Below are positions 46,878 to 59,400 of a DNA stretch of 64,000 nucleotides, piece after piece (the stretch's first letter is position 1; each line of letters opens with the position of its first letter). The notes under the pieces are model-generated. The model ran no database searches. It was not told where the DNA came from and saw only the letters and a list, made by a program, of their open reading frames with translations. The position numbers and the translations under genes were made by a program. This stretch comes from Eremomyces bilateralis CBS 781.70 (Eukaryota), in the NCBI GenBank assembly GCA_010015585.1, contig ML975190.1; one strand, given 5' to 3'.

Positions 46878-49838
46878 ATGCCGACTTTCAATGCTAGGGG
46901 CATCCGTGTTCGGCTGCTCCATTCTGATCTGGTTTCGTCTACTCTGTCAGCCACCGAAGCTCAATTATCGACAAAGCGAGGCCCGGAAGTCTCCGCAAGG
47001 GAAGAACGAGGAACTGCAGCGCTGCTCAAGGGACACCCACTCTATGAGAAGCCGATCCCAGTGGGCCTTGATGCCGACGTGGGAGGAGCGCTCGGCTTTC
47101 TCGGGAACCCGGAGTGTCTCGATGTCCCTTTCTACATGGTCGTGGCCAGTGTTGATCAAAGGGAATCGCCGTCCCCGAATACGCAACAACCTACAGGATC
47201 AATCGAAGACGGTTCGGACATATCCCCTTCTCTAGGGCGGACGACACCCTCGGATCCTCAGAAGGGTATACGGCTTAGGATCACACACAAAGCAGCGCAG
47301 GCATTACTTCCCCGCGGACAGATTACGGAGAGGACCTTAAGCCCGAGTGTTCATGCCTTGTTGCTCTCGTTCAACCTGGCTCGTCCACACACCGCTGCCG
47401 GACTCCACATCCCACTGGTTTCTCCCCATGCAATTGCAGCCTGCATCTCCATCTCGACGAACAATCTTCGTCCCTACGGACAGCGCGACCTCAAAGTCAT
47501 CACCTATCTCAATGGCACGCTTTCCAAGTGTTCGGTCTTGTATTCTAAGCATTTCCTACCTAAACTGAAAGCCTCGTCCACTGGAACGGACGGCAAAACG
47601 CCCCACTGTTTCACTTCCATTGCGGCAGGTCGACGGACTCATCATGCCGTGGAGCGCCCGTGGGTTCTGGTGCCGCCGGGCCTCGAGGTCAATGGGTCGC
47701 TGATGGGTTCACGTCAGCGCTCCCGAGTTCGGCAATCCACTTCTGAAGAACGCTGGGACCAAATCGCCCAGTCGCTGCTCTATGAAGCGGACAAACATGG
47801 TCTTAACGCATCCGGTGGTCATCCGCCATCCGCTGAATATCTTCAAAGTCTTGCAAGCCTGCCCATGCCGGAGGAGTTCGCGCAATTTCAGAAATCGGGA
47901 AGTCATCGTTTCGCCGTCATAGATGTCATGGTCGTCACAGGGAAGATCAAAGCAGGGATGGGCATTCGCACCCCTTGGTTGACCGATCCTGCAGTGTCGA
48001 AAGATCCTAGATACAATCGTCCAGCGCCCAGCCCACCAGTTCGGGAGAGCGAAAGGGAGTGCTGGGCAACAGTCCGACTGCGACACTGGAGGGAGAAGTG
48101 GGCGCAACGAGAGGCAAAAAACCGAGCAAAATCGGCTTTGCGAAACGGAGCAGAGCCGGAAAATACGGCTAATAACTCTGATGTTGATATGGATGCTGAT
48201 AACACGATAATGGCCGAGAGTGAAGAGATCTTGGTCGATCGAAATCAGTCAAGTAGCATCACATCGGCAACAAATCGGGTCACCGACGAGGTCGCGTTGC
48301 TGCCAGTCCTTCCCTCTCGAACTGATGATAGCCCTCAGCCCATCGCAAATGCTCCAACCAACGATGCTGTGCTGCCAGACCCATTCTGCCTAGATCGCTC
48401 CACAGACGCCTCCCAGAAACCTGACCTACCCTCCAAGCAGTCTTTCACTCTCCATGGACCAAATCCGCTGCCCATCCAGCCGCCACCAGCAAGCCCTCCT
48501 ATGAACCTGCGCAGTAACGGTAATATTTCACCCCTGACTCCGCGAAAACCTAGTCCGGAAATCATTGTTTGGACCGAAAGTCCCACGACGGGAATTCCAC
48601 GTTCGAAAACCACTCTGGCTACAGACGACAGTGCTCTCATGAACGGCAAGATGGACAATGCAGTTGAAGAGAAGCGAAACGGATTGAATCTCGTACCGAA
48701 AATCACGCCCATCACTAGGAGAATGGCCAACAATCAGAGCATGTCGGATGAAAATCCCCTCGGCGAACAATCCATCCCGATGCAAGGCACTCCTGCCGAG
48801 ATCATATCCAACATCGCCCAAATCACAACTGGACGCCTAAACGGTCATCATTCTACCCGATCCAACAATTCCACTGACCTCCAGCCGTTCATCAGGTCAG
48901 GCCGAAAGCGCCGCTATTCCGATCTTGTGACCCCCAACTTCCAACCCCAAAAAGTATTCCTCGCAAGCGAACCGGAGAACAACAATTCCACGCTCAAGCA
49001 ATCCCCCCCGAGGATGTTCAGCCCTCAGCACGCATCCCCATTTCAGGACAGCAGCACGCCGGCGCAGGACGACACGACTCCAACGACTGAATCCTCCCGA
49101 CCCGAAATCCGGACGATCGCGTTCAAGTACGCCGATAAGGTGATTCGGAGGGAGAACCTGTCGTCTCCCATCCGCGCATTCTTCAGGGAATATTACCCGC
49201 AGGGCGACATTCCAGATGCGCACCCACCATCCGTCAAGCTGATATCTCCCGACAAGGAGATCATTATGCTGCGATCCAACACCGCGGCGTTCAACTCCCC
49301 AGTGAACGATACGCAGCTCGATATTCCGCTCATGCCACCTCCATCCCCCCCGAAGTCCAGCCGCCCTCCAACGACATCTTCCCAAACGAGGTCGGGTCGA
49401 AGGGTCACATTCCGCATCCCCCAAACCCCAGTATCCGATTCAGAATCCAGTGACAACGACCGCCACAGCTCCCCCGAGTCGGTTTCGCCGACCGCCCGTC
49501 GGCCACGAGGTGCGGGTCTAGCAGTGTCCGCGAGAGGCTATGGCATCCAATCCGGCCCAGCGCACGTCATCGCTAATGAGCAATTCCAGACTCCGGACCT
49601 GTGTCGGTCGGCCGTCATCACGTATGCGGAGGATGGCGATTGGGGGGATGCGGCGGCGGACGGAGGGAATGAGGTGACGAACAGTAGTAGGACGATGAGG
49701 AGCGGGAAGAAGGTCGATGAGAGTGCGAAGGAGGGGAGTAAGCATTTGCCGATTCGGCAGGTGCCAGATGAGCGATGTGCGGATTTTAGGGAGGAGTATG
49801 TGGTGCTCGGGGTGAGATTCGTGGTGCCCGGATTCTAG
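46878..49838 (+). CDS. conserved fungal hypothetical protein (about 986 aa, ordered N- and C-terminal blocks, disordered middle)
   Basis: Long uninterrupted ORF with globular-looking blocks DLKVITYLNG, GRRTHHAVERPWVLVPPG, AEYLQSLASLPMP, FAVIDVMV, FREEYVVLGVRFVV. Confidence 0.8.
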   Translation: MPTFNARGIRVRLLHSDLVSSTLSATEAQLSTKRGPEVSAREERGTAALLKGHPLYEKPIPVGLDADVGGALGFLGNPECLDVPFYMVVASVDQRESPSPNTQQPTGSIEDGSDISPSLGRTTPSDPQKGIRLRITHKAAQALLPRGQITERTLSPSVHALLLSFNLARPHTAAGLHIPLVSPHAIAACISISTNNLRPYGQRDLKVITYLNGTLSKCSVLYSKHFLPKLKASSTGTDGKTPHCFTSIAAGRRTHHAVERPWVLVPPGLEVNGSLMGSRQRSRVRQSTSEERWDQIAQSLLYEADKHGLNASGGHPPSAEYLQSLASLPMPEEFAQFQKSGSHRFAVIDVMVVTGKIKAGMGIRTPWLTDPAVSKDPRYNRPAPSPPVRESERECWATVRLRHWREKWAQREAKNRAKSALRNGAEPENTANNSDVDMDADNTIMAESEEILVDRNQSSSITSATNRVTDEVALLPVLPSRTDDSPQPIANAPTNDAVLPDPFCLDRSTDASQKPDLPSKQSFTLHGPNPLPIQPPPASPPMNLRSNGNISPLTPRKPSPEIIVWTESPTTGIPRSKTTLATDDSALMNGKMDNAVEEKRNGLNLVPKITPITRRMANNQSMSDENPLGEQSIPMQGTPAEIISNIAQITTGRLNGHHSTRSNNSTDLQPFIRSGRKRRYSDLVTPNFQPQKVFLASEPENNNSTLKQSPPRMFSPQHASPFQDSSTPAQDDTTPTTESSRPEIRTIAFKYADKVIRRENLSSPIRAFFREYYPQGDIPDAHPPSVKLISPDKEIIMLRSNTAAFNSPVNDTQLDIPLMPPPSPPKSSRPPTTSSQTRSGRRVTFRIPQTPVSDSESSDNDRHSSPESVSPTARRPRGAGLAVSARGYGIQSGPAHVIANEQFQTPDLCRSAVITYAEDGDWGDAAADGGNEVTNSSRTMRSGKKVDESAKEGSKHLPIRQVPDERCADFREEYVVLGVRFVVPGF

Positions 49839-50719
49839 AAAAGGGAATTGACTTTGATGATGGATATGAAGTCATGGACTTGGGGACACGATTCTCGATG
49901 TTGGGACACCGCTTAGGTCTCCACGGAAAACAACATTCTCTACAGACAGAACGAGGCTCACTTGTTCATCAGCCTGGAGTCTTTTGTATAATTATTAAGC
50001 ATTCCATTTTACAATGAGACACTCTGGTCGGCCCCTTTGGTAGATTGACTGCTTAATCAGATATTCCTCCCCCCTTCCTGCAAAAGCTCTCTAATTCAAA
50101 CAATGGGCCATCTGCAAGTAAATACTCCGTAGACCGCACCCCTCACCAGATGACCACTCTCCCAACGCTCCCTTCGCCTCTTCCACGCGCTTAGCCGCGC
50201 TAGCCCAACCGTTCCACAGCAACCGCCCTTCTGTATCTGCATGCCACCACATCCACGGCAACACTGCAAGGATCCGCCCCAACAATGCCCCTTGTATGCA
50301 GTCTCGTGTTCCGGTCCCCCGGCGGCACCGCATATCTCGCGTGGAGAGCAACCATGCCGCTGCAGGAAACAAGATATCGCCGTGCAACGCGACACGGATG
50401 AACAATTGTGGTCTGACTCCTCGCCCGTGGAGGTCAGCAGTGTGCCATACGCTTCGACTGACATGTCACTTCCGCTGCGCAGTGCCGGGGCCGCACCCGT
50501 GAGCAGGTGATGAGGGTGGCGTCGTACGGGGTGGAATGACGAGAGTGTGAGTGGGGATGGGGAATTTCCCGATATGCCGCATTGATGGGAGATATTTTGA
50601 GAGCGTTGAGGTCGTTGCCCCTTGCGACGATTGGCGACAATATTCCCTGCCGCGTGCGCATGGATATCGGGAGTTGGAGATGGACGGGACAGGTAATTTG
50701 GCAGAACTCGTAGCGTTTT

Positions 50720-52012
50720 TCAGACAAGAAACGTCCAGTAGCTTGGGAAAACCAACTCCTCTTCAAAGATGCGTCGAACCTGCTGCAGCACGAACTGCTC
50801 GACTTTTCCAACGTTCTTGAGCACCGGTTTGCCATTTTCTTTCTGCCCAATCTCGCTCTCAACCTTAATCTCCTCCAACAGCCCATGCCTTCCTCTGGTT
50901 CCGTCTTCTTGCGCCATGTTGCCCTCAGCCGTGTTGCTCTCACCCACCCGTGACTCTCCTAGCATCAACTCCGCATCTTCCGGGCCCAGGAAACAAAAGT
51001 GCGCTCGCCGCCTGATGTACGCCAGGATCGCCACCCCATCGAACGACACACCCGTGATGTTCAGTTTAAGCGGGATTCCGACGAAGCTCGGCATCGGGTA
51101 GTCAAGTAGTAGGTCCGCCGTCAACGCCAGCCGCACATCCCCCAAGTACTTCACATGGCAGATAACCTGCATGTCCGTCGGATTCCGCTCCCGCTGCGCA
51201 TTCGACGCCGCATCCCGCTCCCCCGCCGACGCCGAGTCCTGAAAGTTCAGCTCCCCATCGTCCCCCACGCTAGACCCGCTGTCACTCGTTCGCTGCTTCG
51301 AGGTCGGCCGCGTCGATAGCCCGGGCGACGAGGGCGGCGTGATGGAGCTGGTGGACACGGAATGCTTATGGCTGGGCCGTCGCGCGTCCGGGGAGTCGCG
51401 CCGCAGCGGCAGCGATTCATGCCAGTGGCTGGGGAATTTCGCGCCCGCGACGGCGGCGAGGGGTGTCGTGCTGCCGGAAAGGCCGGCACCCATGTGGAAG
51501 TAGCTAAAATTGGCGGTGCCTCCTGAGATAGGGGGAGGTGGGAACTGCCGGGGATGGCCGTGGTGGATTTGATGGGCGGATGGGCGTAGGGTGGCGGTGC
51601 TGGAGGAGAGGTCTTCGCCGGGTGGTGGCTGAGATTGCGACTTGCGTGTCTTTCGACTCGGTTTCCCATGCTCTTCCACTGATCGATTCTGGCGGGCATC
51701 TAACTGGATATCTCTTTCTACTGGGGATGCCTGCGTGGGGGGCGCGGAGTGCGACGACTCCGCGGAATCCTCCTCGTCACTGTAGTCGTTGTCGTCATCG
51801 TCATAAAACTCCGGGAGAGGATCGCAGATATCTTTGATCTCGACTTCCGGCGCTATTCTTCCAAATTCGAACGAATGGACGCGAACAGAACTGATAAACC
51901 GGGGTAAAGGGATGTTTTGGAATTTGTCGTCGATGAAGTCGCGAATCTGGGCGGCGAGGGCTTCTCCATCAGGACCTGATGTAAGGGCTTCCCAATCAAG
52001 CTCTACCGACAT
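50720..52012 (-). CDS. MDM12: ERMES subunit Mdm12 (SMP domain)
   Basis: MSVELDWEALTSGPDG..IPLPRFISSVRVHSFEFG..EIKDICDPLPEFY; LLLDYPMPSFVGIPLKLNITG; VLKNVGKVEQFV..VFPSYWTFLV. Confidence 0.95.
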   Translation of the reverse strand: MSVELDWEALTSGPDGEALAAQIRDFIDDKFQNIPLPRFISSVRVHSFEFGRIAPEVEIKDICDPLPEFYDDDDNDYSDEEDSAESSHSAPPTQASPVERDIQLDARQNRSVEEHGKPSRKTRKSQSQPPPGEDLSSSTATLRPSAHQIHHGHPRQFPPPPISGGTANFSYFHMGAGLSGSTTPLAAVAGAKFPSHWHESLPLRRDSPDARRPSHKHSVSTSSITPPSSPGLSTRPTSKQRTSDSGSSVGDDGELNFQDSASAGERDAASNAQRERNPTDMQVICHVKYLGDVRLALTADLLLDYPMPSFVGIPLKLNITGVSFDGVAILAYIRRRAHFCFLGPEDAELMLGESRVGESNTAEGNMAQEDGTRGRHGLLEEIKVESEIGQKENGKPVLKNVGKVEQFVLQQVRRIFEEELVFPSYWTFLV

Positions 52013-52999
52013 GACGCTCCAATTGTCATCAGAATATAATTCTAATAGACAGTATGGTAGGCGTCTTCATGTACTAAGTTTATTGAATTTTGCATGGATG
52101 GACGTGAGTTACTTGCAGCAAGTTCCTTTTAACGGAGGTTACTCCGAGGAATATCAAAATGACTCGGCTAAACTTGCCATTTCCGTTTCCACCTAACCTC
52201 CTATTTCTCTCACGCTTCACCATTCATGTTGGTTGCAACTTGCAACGCATCACTCACCTCTATCTTGCTCTCTGCACTATGCACCACATCCGGATAATTT
52301 ACCGACGACCACTCGCGTTCGAGGATACCATAGCTATAGACATCTCCTTCCGATGTCTTGCCCTAAGCCCTAAAACGCTCCATCCTACCGAACACAACGC
52401 TTCCATTTTTGCTTGGTGGCGTCTGCATCGACCGTTTTTGTACCACATATATTGCACGGCAGGCATCGAATATCGATAGCAAGGCTCGAGAAGCTCAATA
52501 TTTGTCCGTCGTCAAGATGCCTGTCGAGTATCGCAGCCATGAACTCGATGGCTCTTATCTGACATATGACATATTATCGTATACTGGGTATCTCATATTG
52601 CGTCAGATAGAGACACCTGTCCTATCACCGTCCTCTCATCGTCACCCTTCTCGCTCTTGTACGCCTAATTATTGACGGTACACACCGGTTCAACTATAGG
52701 GTCTTTCGGAGAATCGCCGCATCTCCCCGCTTGAAAACGTCCCCAGGAAGCATGCCAAACCTTGATATCTTCCCCCGCAAGTGTTGCTTCGAATTAGTGG
52801 CATTGGAACGCTAAATATGATATTTCGCCAGCATCTGCAAACTACTAATTACTAACGCAAGTCATCTGAACTGGAAGCACGACGCGCATCCCCGGACCAA
52901 TTGGAACCAGGCGACGGCGCAAGGGTGATGGGGTAGTTAAGCAACGGGACGGGCGAAGTAAGGAATGGTCAGAATCGAGTGGGGTGCTTCAATAAAGAG

Positions 53000-53400
53000 C
53001 TTGGGATGTAAAGGTTGCGATGGCGATTATGCGAGCGTGCTTTTCGGTCACAGAGAAAAGATGGTGTGCTGCGATAGCAGACGGTATGACAGTCAACGGC
53101 ACATCTAGGGGGAAAACGGCAAGTTGAAGCACTTCTTGTTGAGATACATGTAGGTACATCCGATGAGCGTACCGGTACATATATGTTGGACGGTTAGGAT
53201 CTCTACCAAGCAGTTACCGTTGAACATCTTCGCAGGGATCGCATTGATCCAGCGGCTCTCCTGCCTTTGATCGTCAATGTAAGAAATATATTTAAATAAA
53301 GTATTCTTCTGACCGCATAGACAGCCTCTTCAACTGTGGGCGAAATATCAGTTCAACAAATTGGGCGTGTCGAGCTGAGGTTATCTACCTGTCTCATGTC
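53000..53400 (+). pseudogene. possible decayed spliced gene fragment
   Basis: Protein-like frame QVEALLVEIHVG..DG*DLYQAVTVEHLRRDRIDPAALLPLIVN interrupted by a stop, followed by a GTAAGA..CTGAC..TAG intron-like stretch (53279-53320). Confidence 0.3.
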
Positions 53401-56400
53401 TCAGTCGCCACAATATCACTACTAATGTATCAAAGTGGTAGACTACCGGACATCGGTCGAGAATCCCTCGCTGGACCATGTCACCCTGAACCTAGGCTTC
53501 TGGGACTGATTACTCTCTCATTAACAGCACCCTTGATACGGTGGCACGTCGGGTATCCTGGTGTGACATTTATCCATCACAGCCCAGGCATTGGTTTACA
53601 TCGGACGGTCTCATGAAGTCCACATCGCCTGCCTATCATGCCATCCAATATAGAAACGGAGGTACTTCGGTGATTCGGTCCATCGCACTACGAGAACGAC
53701 AATCCGCCCGTAATCCGGCCAACCTTACACGACCATCCAAGGTATTTGCGTATCGGATCCGAATTGCGCAACATCCATCCGCATCATGATTCGCGCCCAT
53801 GTCCCCCTCATTAACAACGTTTCGTCCATTAATTGTGGAAAATTGCGAGGACGCGAGATGCAATGCCATCCACCATATTACGTCATGTATTGCGGCCATG
53901 CTGTCTTCGTCCCCGTCTGCATGCGGCTTCCCAACAACGGGCCTCATTGGAAGAGTCGCTCTCAACACATTCTCGCCGAGATTCCGAGGTTCAGGATGGA
54001 ACCGGTAGGGAGGGTACCACGGTACATACCATGAGTGCACATGGGTTGCCACGTTTTATGGGCAAGGAGGTTGCTTGAAGGAGAGTCTGGTACATCCCGA
54101 ATGTGAGATCTAAACAGATGAGTGGCGATCACATAGAAAGATACATCTACCGGATGGTCAACATGCACAGCACGAATTTTTTGCCTAGATTCCTTTCCCA
54201 TTCGGGACTGTCCGCTTGCGCTTCATCTAAGCGAGGATATTCGAGCAACGTACATGGTACATGGGCGGACAGGCCTTCGCTTCGGGCCGAATGCTTCAAG
54301 AACTTGGTTTTGGTGGATCGGATCGCGATCTCACGCAAAGGAAAGACAGTGGAAAGGCAGTTCGACATGTGAAAATTGGCAAAAGAAATATGCATTTGCT
54401 CATAATCATATCCTTGCCGCCGAAGACCATGCGGCCGCGCTGCAGGATTGCAGGCCTGCAGACATCATCGATGAGAAACTCGTGAAACCGGGAAGTCGTA
54501 CATCGGATTCTCTCAGAAAGAACAAAAGCCAATTGTTTGAGATTAAGCCCAATATGTCGTAATCAGCCAAGCCAGGCCATTTGCTTTTGTGTCCTCCCAA
54601 AAAAGTCGCAATCTAGAACGCCCAATATCCAAAAAGCTCGGGTTCAAAACATTGAAAGACTGCCCATTCTATGAAATACCCACAATCCAAATTGCAACAA
54701 TAAGAAGAAGAAGTGTGTCCCATCTGACTCGCTTCGCTAGCGACTCCTGATATCCATGAAAGCACATTTTGTGAGCGGGAATTCGTATAACCATCCCGAT
54801 TAGCCAGCGCCAGCAAATGCTCAGAAGGACGCTCAAGGAAGAAAGGAAGGGCGGAGAATGCAGAAAGCTACGGAGAAAGCTAGCCATCGTACGGTGTTCA
54901 TTTCAGTATTCGTGGATAATCTCCGCGTGGGGAAGAGATCGAAGAAGCCAACTCGCTCAACATTTCAAAAGCAGCGCCCGATGAGGCTAAGTGAAAAGGG
55001 AATGAGCTCTCGCTCCACGAACAACAATTCGATTCCCGAAATAGCGGAAGATTGCAATAAACAGCGACAACGGCCAGCGGGTGGGGTTTCGGCATGCTGC
55101 GTGGTTGTGCCGTACGGAGATTTCTTGTTTGATTTCGATTTTGCTTTGACGCCTGGCGGGAACAATGGTCGAAACTACATTCAGCGCGTGACCCTCGCGT
55201 CGGGTTCGTGTGTTCGGCCGCTTGTACGTTTCGAGAAAGCATAATTATCGAAAGGAAGACCAAAAATGTCAACGACCCGCGTTTACGGAATTCTCCCATG
55301 TGTTGGTGGTATAATACGACCATGCTGTGTCACTCGTCCGCGTCGATAATCCATACCCAGTTCCTTCACGCTCGATCGGATAGGCTTCTTTGTTGACAGC
55401 TAGGCGTCCCATTGTTAAATCCCTCCTTCTCGCGAGCCCACCAATCCCGCCCATATAGCTGGAAATTTTCCCTGCCATTCTTCTCATTGCTCGCTGCTCA
55501 GGCATCACCGGGAATCCCTCCGCTCACCACGTTGGATTAACGATTGTTTGAAGTTCGCTGCGGTGGCTGCGTCTCTTGTGTAACGTGCTACGGCGGTGTT
55601 GTGGCCGACGGCCCGTTGACAGTTGAACACCATGGATGTTTGACAGGCGTGACAATCAATCAGGAACACGTTTTCTTGTCCTGTTCGTTGCGAGGGCAAT
55701 GGTGACTCCAGTGGTATGACAACGACTCGGCGAAAAGGGGGAATAAGCCGGGAGGATGGGAAGTGGTATGCACCAAAGAAAATGAGCTCGTCTCGTTGCG
55801 GTCGTTGGATGTGTTTTCGGGCCTCTTCTGTCGTCCCTTCAGTCCTTCTGCGTGTTGGCTGCTGGTTCGCGAAATAAAAAATGCCTGCCGTTGTTTTCCC
55901 AGATACGGTATGGAGCCGATCCTTTCAAATTTGTTTCCCAATCCCAAATATTCCCTCTTCAATTTCAAAATCCGGAACCAGGCAGAAAAGCAGCCAAACC
56001 CGACCAACAGCAAAATTTGAGCGTGACCTCTTCTTCGAACGGAGGGCTGTGTGGGACAATTTTTAGTGGTGAGGAGCAGTCAGGGATCGCAGTCGTCGCA
56101 TTTCTCGTCGTGTTTGACTTGTTTCGTCTTGATCTCGTTCGGCCCGCAAGTCCGGCCTGGCGTCCTCGATTTAGCACATGGTGCAATTCCATCGTCCATG
56201 TAATGACCACATCCGTATACGTGAATTACTCGTGTACACATCTTCGCGATTGAAGTGTTCGCAGCAAATGCGCTGCGGGACGTCCTTGAGGCGGGGCTTT
56301 TTTACCGGACGGGAGCAATGAAAGAGATGGGAGCCCCAAGTAGAGGTACAGCCAATTGGTACCGGAGTTGGGATTCTGCAATTGGTCTTTGTTGGGCGTC

Positions 56401-59400
56401 GAAATCCCGGTGAGGGTCGGCGGGGATCGTCACAATTGAACTGGTAGCGGGGTAGATTGCCTCAGCAATTGAATTGTTTTCGAAGAATAGGCGTAGGAGA
56501 ACCGAAAGATGTCGGTTTCGTGGATCGGATGCGTGGGAGGGCTTTCCGGAATGACGAGGCAAGGAATCGAAACCACAACAGATCAACGAGGTCGGCCCGC
56601 GACTCTTTTATCCTCTTTTCAAGCTCCTGGCAAGACTCAGAGCAAGTGAGGTCGTGACAGGTGAAGAAGATGTGAGGTGTCAGAGAGGCACCATTCACCG
56701 GGCCTCTAAGGATACTAATAAAGTGGGTAATAGATGCGGCTTTCCCCTCGGCCCTGACAAGTATCGAGGTAATCGAGGCAAGGTACGGCGTTAGGTGGGA
56801 ATATGGTGCTGACCGGCGGAGCGGATGCAACCCCGTAGGTGATATGAAGCAAAGAAAGGGATCTCAAAGGCACATCACACATGAGAGACAAGTATCTCTT
56901 CTGCTTCGTCTTCTGATGCTGCTTCAGATGTAGGTATGTCCAAGGCCGGGAGTAGACATGCAATAGTAGTAGATGTCGGGGAGGAATGGGGAGCAGCAAA
57001 AGCAAGCGGGAAAAAAAACCAACAGCGTTCCAAACAGCAGTCCGTGGGATTATAAGTCCAGGTCATTGACGGAAATGACAGAACGGGAACAGGCCACAGG
57101 TTCCAAAGACCCAGGAGTTAGATTGTTATTGCCTCCCGTTTGCAACATTGAGTGCGACGGGCCAGGCATGTCTAATTCGTCTGGAGGTCCTGGATTCGCA
57201 AAAGACGTGGAAGGGTACGGACAGCCGTTTTGGCGCGTCCACACGCGGGAAGGCCAGCAACCATGGAGACCACTCAGACCAGACACCAGAAAACCAGACA
57301 TGGAGACTGGAGAGGCAAGGAACGTGGAAAGTCCTTGTACAATATTACATACGGGCCAAAAAGTTACTCTTGCCATTCGACCCAGGAGTGATCAATCAGT
57401 CTCCGGTAGCAGGCTAGGGCCCCTTCCATCACCTATTCGGGCGCGATGCCGGGGACATGGGGACCACGCCAGGGTCATACCGATGCCATCTTCAATAGAT
57501 GAGTAGCCAGCTTCCCTGTGATGAAGATGGCGCGGAAGACCAATGGTGATGCCGGGCAACGCTAGCGCCACAGAGGGATACATCTGGGCTCTGGACTGGC
57601 CCTCCCTGCGGCAAAAAACCTCAGACACGGCCAATAATTCCTTGCCTTGAGCGTCTTTTCCTTGATCAACCAACCCCCGTAAACGTTCGTTTCCACTAGA
57701 GAAGCTTACCCTGGTTTCTAATAGGTAGGTACCTACTAGGACTCCGTACACCTTGTAACTTGTTCCTTTAGAGGGTGCGTGGCCTGCTGGGGTATTGGAC
57801 CCTTCATCCTTCGACTGGATGTAGGACACACATAACCTCTGTGTCCAGTATCGAAAGCCAACGGTGACCAGACCATCCTCTGCTAATCTACTTTACATGG
57901 AAGGGGAGGCTGTATTTCTAGAAAATTATGGAGAAGCCCTGCCCCTTCGGCAGCTATCGTGCTGACTTACACAGCACACACATACAGAGGTCAGATCTCC
58001 GCAAGTAATACGGATACTTCCATGGCCGACCATTGTTACGACTTGGGATCTGGGAACTTGGAGGCAGATAGACCGTCCAGGATCCAGACGGAGTTACAGA
58101 GCTTTGACTTTGGGTCTCGAGCCGGCTCTTCTAATTGCTCTCACTCTCGCTTTGCCTCCCAATATCCGCCGCCGTCCAATGGCCATGGTGAGTTGCGGAC
58201 GACGACCAGAAGCACACAGGTCAGCAGCCGTGACGGACACGAAAAGGGCCGTTCAACTGCAGCATCTAAACGGCGCCAAATTCCGCGGCATGTCGGAACC
58301 GAGCCGTCTGTGCCCCAATTCTCCGCAATTGGATGGTTGCAGGAATAGCATGATGCAGCGATGCTTGTCTGCATCGTTGAGAAGGGGATGAGGTACGTAC
58401 CATTTCCCCCCCCACGCGCCGTGCAGTAGTTGATGCATCCCCAGGAGAAGGGTTTGCCGCGTAGGCGTAATATTACTGACTTTCGGTTTGTAAAATGAAA
58501 GTTTGACAGAAGTAAGCCTGTACCACCGAACGTCTCATGTTCCAGAAATTTGCCGTTCCTGCGATAACCTCATGCTTCTGGAACGTCCAAGGTTTATGCC
58601 CAGATCTCTCATTCCGCAGACGGCGACCACAGACATCCAAGGAAATGCGGACACATGCGAACTCCTACCCTCGGAATCTTTGGGTTCGGAGAGCTGATAG
58701 GCGGTTGTGACCAGACACAGTCCATGTTTCCGTTCCAACGTGCGCTGCTGGGGACTCAACATCAAACCACACCTCAATCAGGGCATGACGGCCTGGGACG
58801 GCAACGAAACTGCGATTGGGAGGCTGGAGAGGGATTGGGAACCGACGTCTCCATTTTGATGGACCTGGATGCTGCTACATTCCCGTTGCTCGTCCCGTGC
58901 GCTGGCTCAACAGTCAAAGATATCGGCAATTGCTGGTCGGAGGTCCGTTTCCTGGAGGATTCATGGCGGATCGACGACGGACATGAACGTTGGTTGACAC
59001 GCATATTGCGTTTGAGTCGAACCGATCGGGTGATCGCGCCCTTCGTTTGGAGCAATCGCTCAATTCTCGAACGGCTACGTTGGGGAGGCTTCCCTGTTGC
59101 CCATTGTCGATTGTCTGTATGTACGACGCTCGGTAACATCTCGAATCCTTGAGCAGCCCGGAAAATAAGGGTCAAACAAGGTCAAGAGCACCGCGAACTG
59201 TTCCTGAATCCAGACCTAAATGAGTAGAAACTCGCCAATCATCCTGTTGTGCGACCCGAATTGCAACGGCCCAAACAACCAATTATGGGTCTGATTCAGG
59301 TTAAACATCATATCCGTCGGCCACATGGCACCCTAGCCGCCATGTCGTGTCCGTGGTTGCGCACAGCGGCATTCTCAACACTTAGCAGCCCTTCCCGCTC

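Noticed and set aside
50091..50510. Small ORFs between the 46878 gene and MDM12
   Set aside because: The plausible splice leads to an early stop; overlapping ORFs on both strands with no motif.
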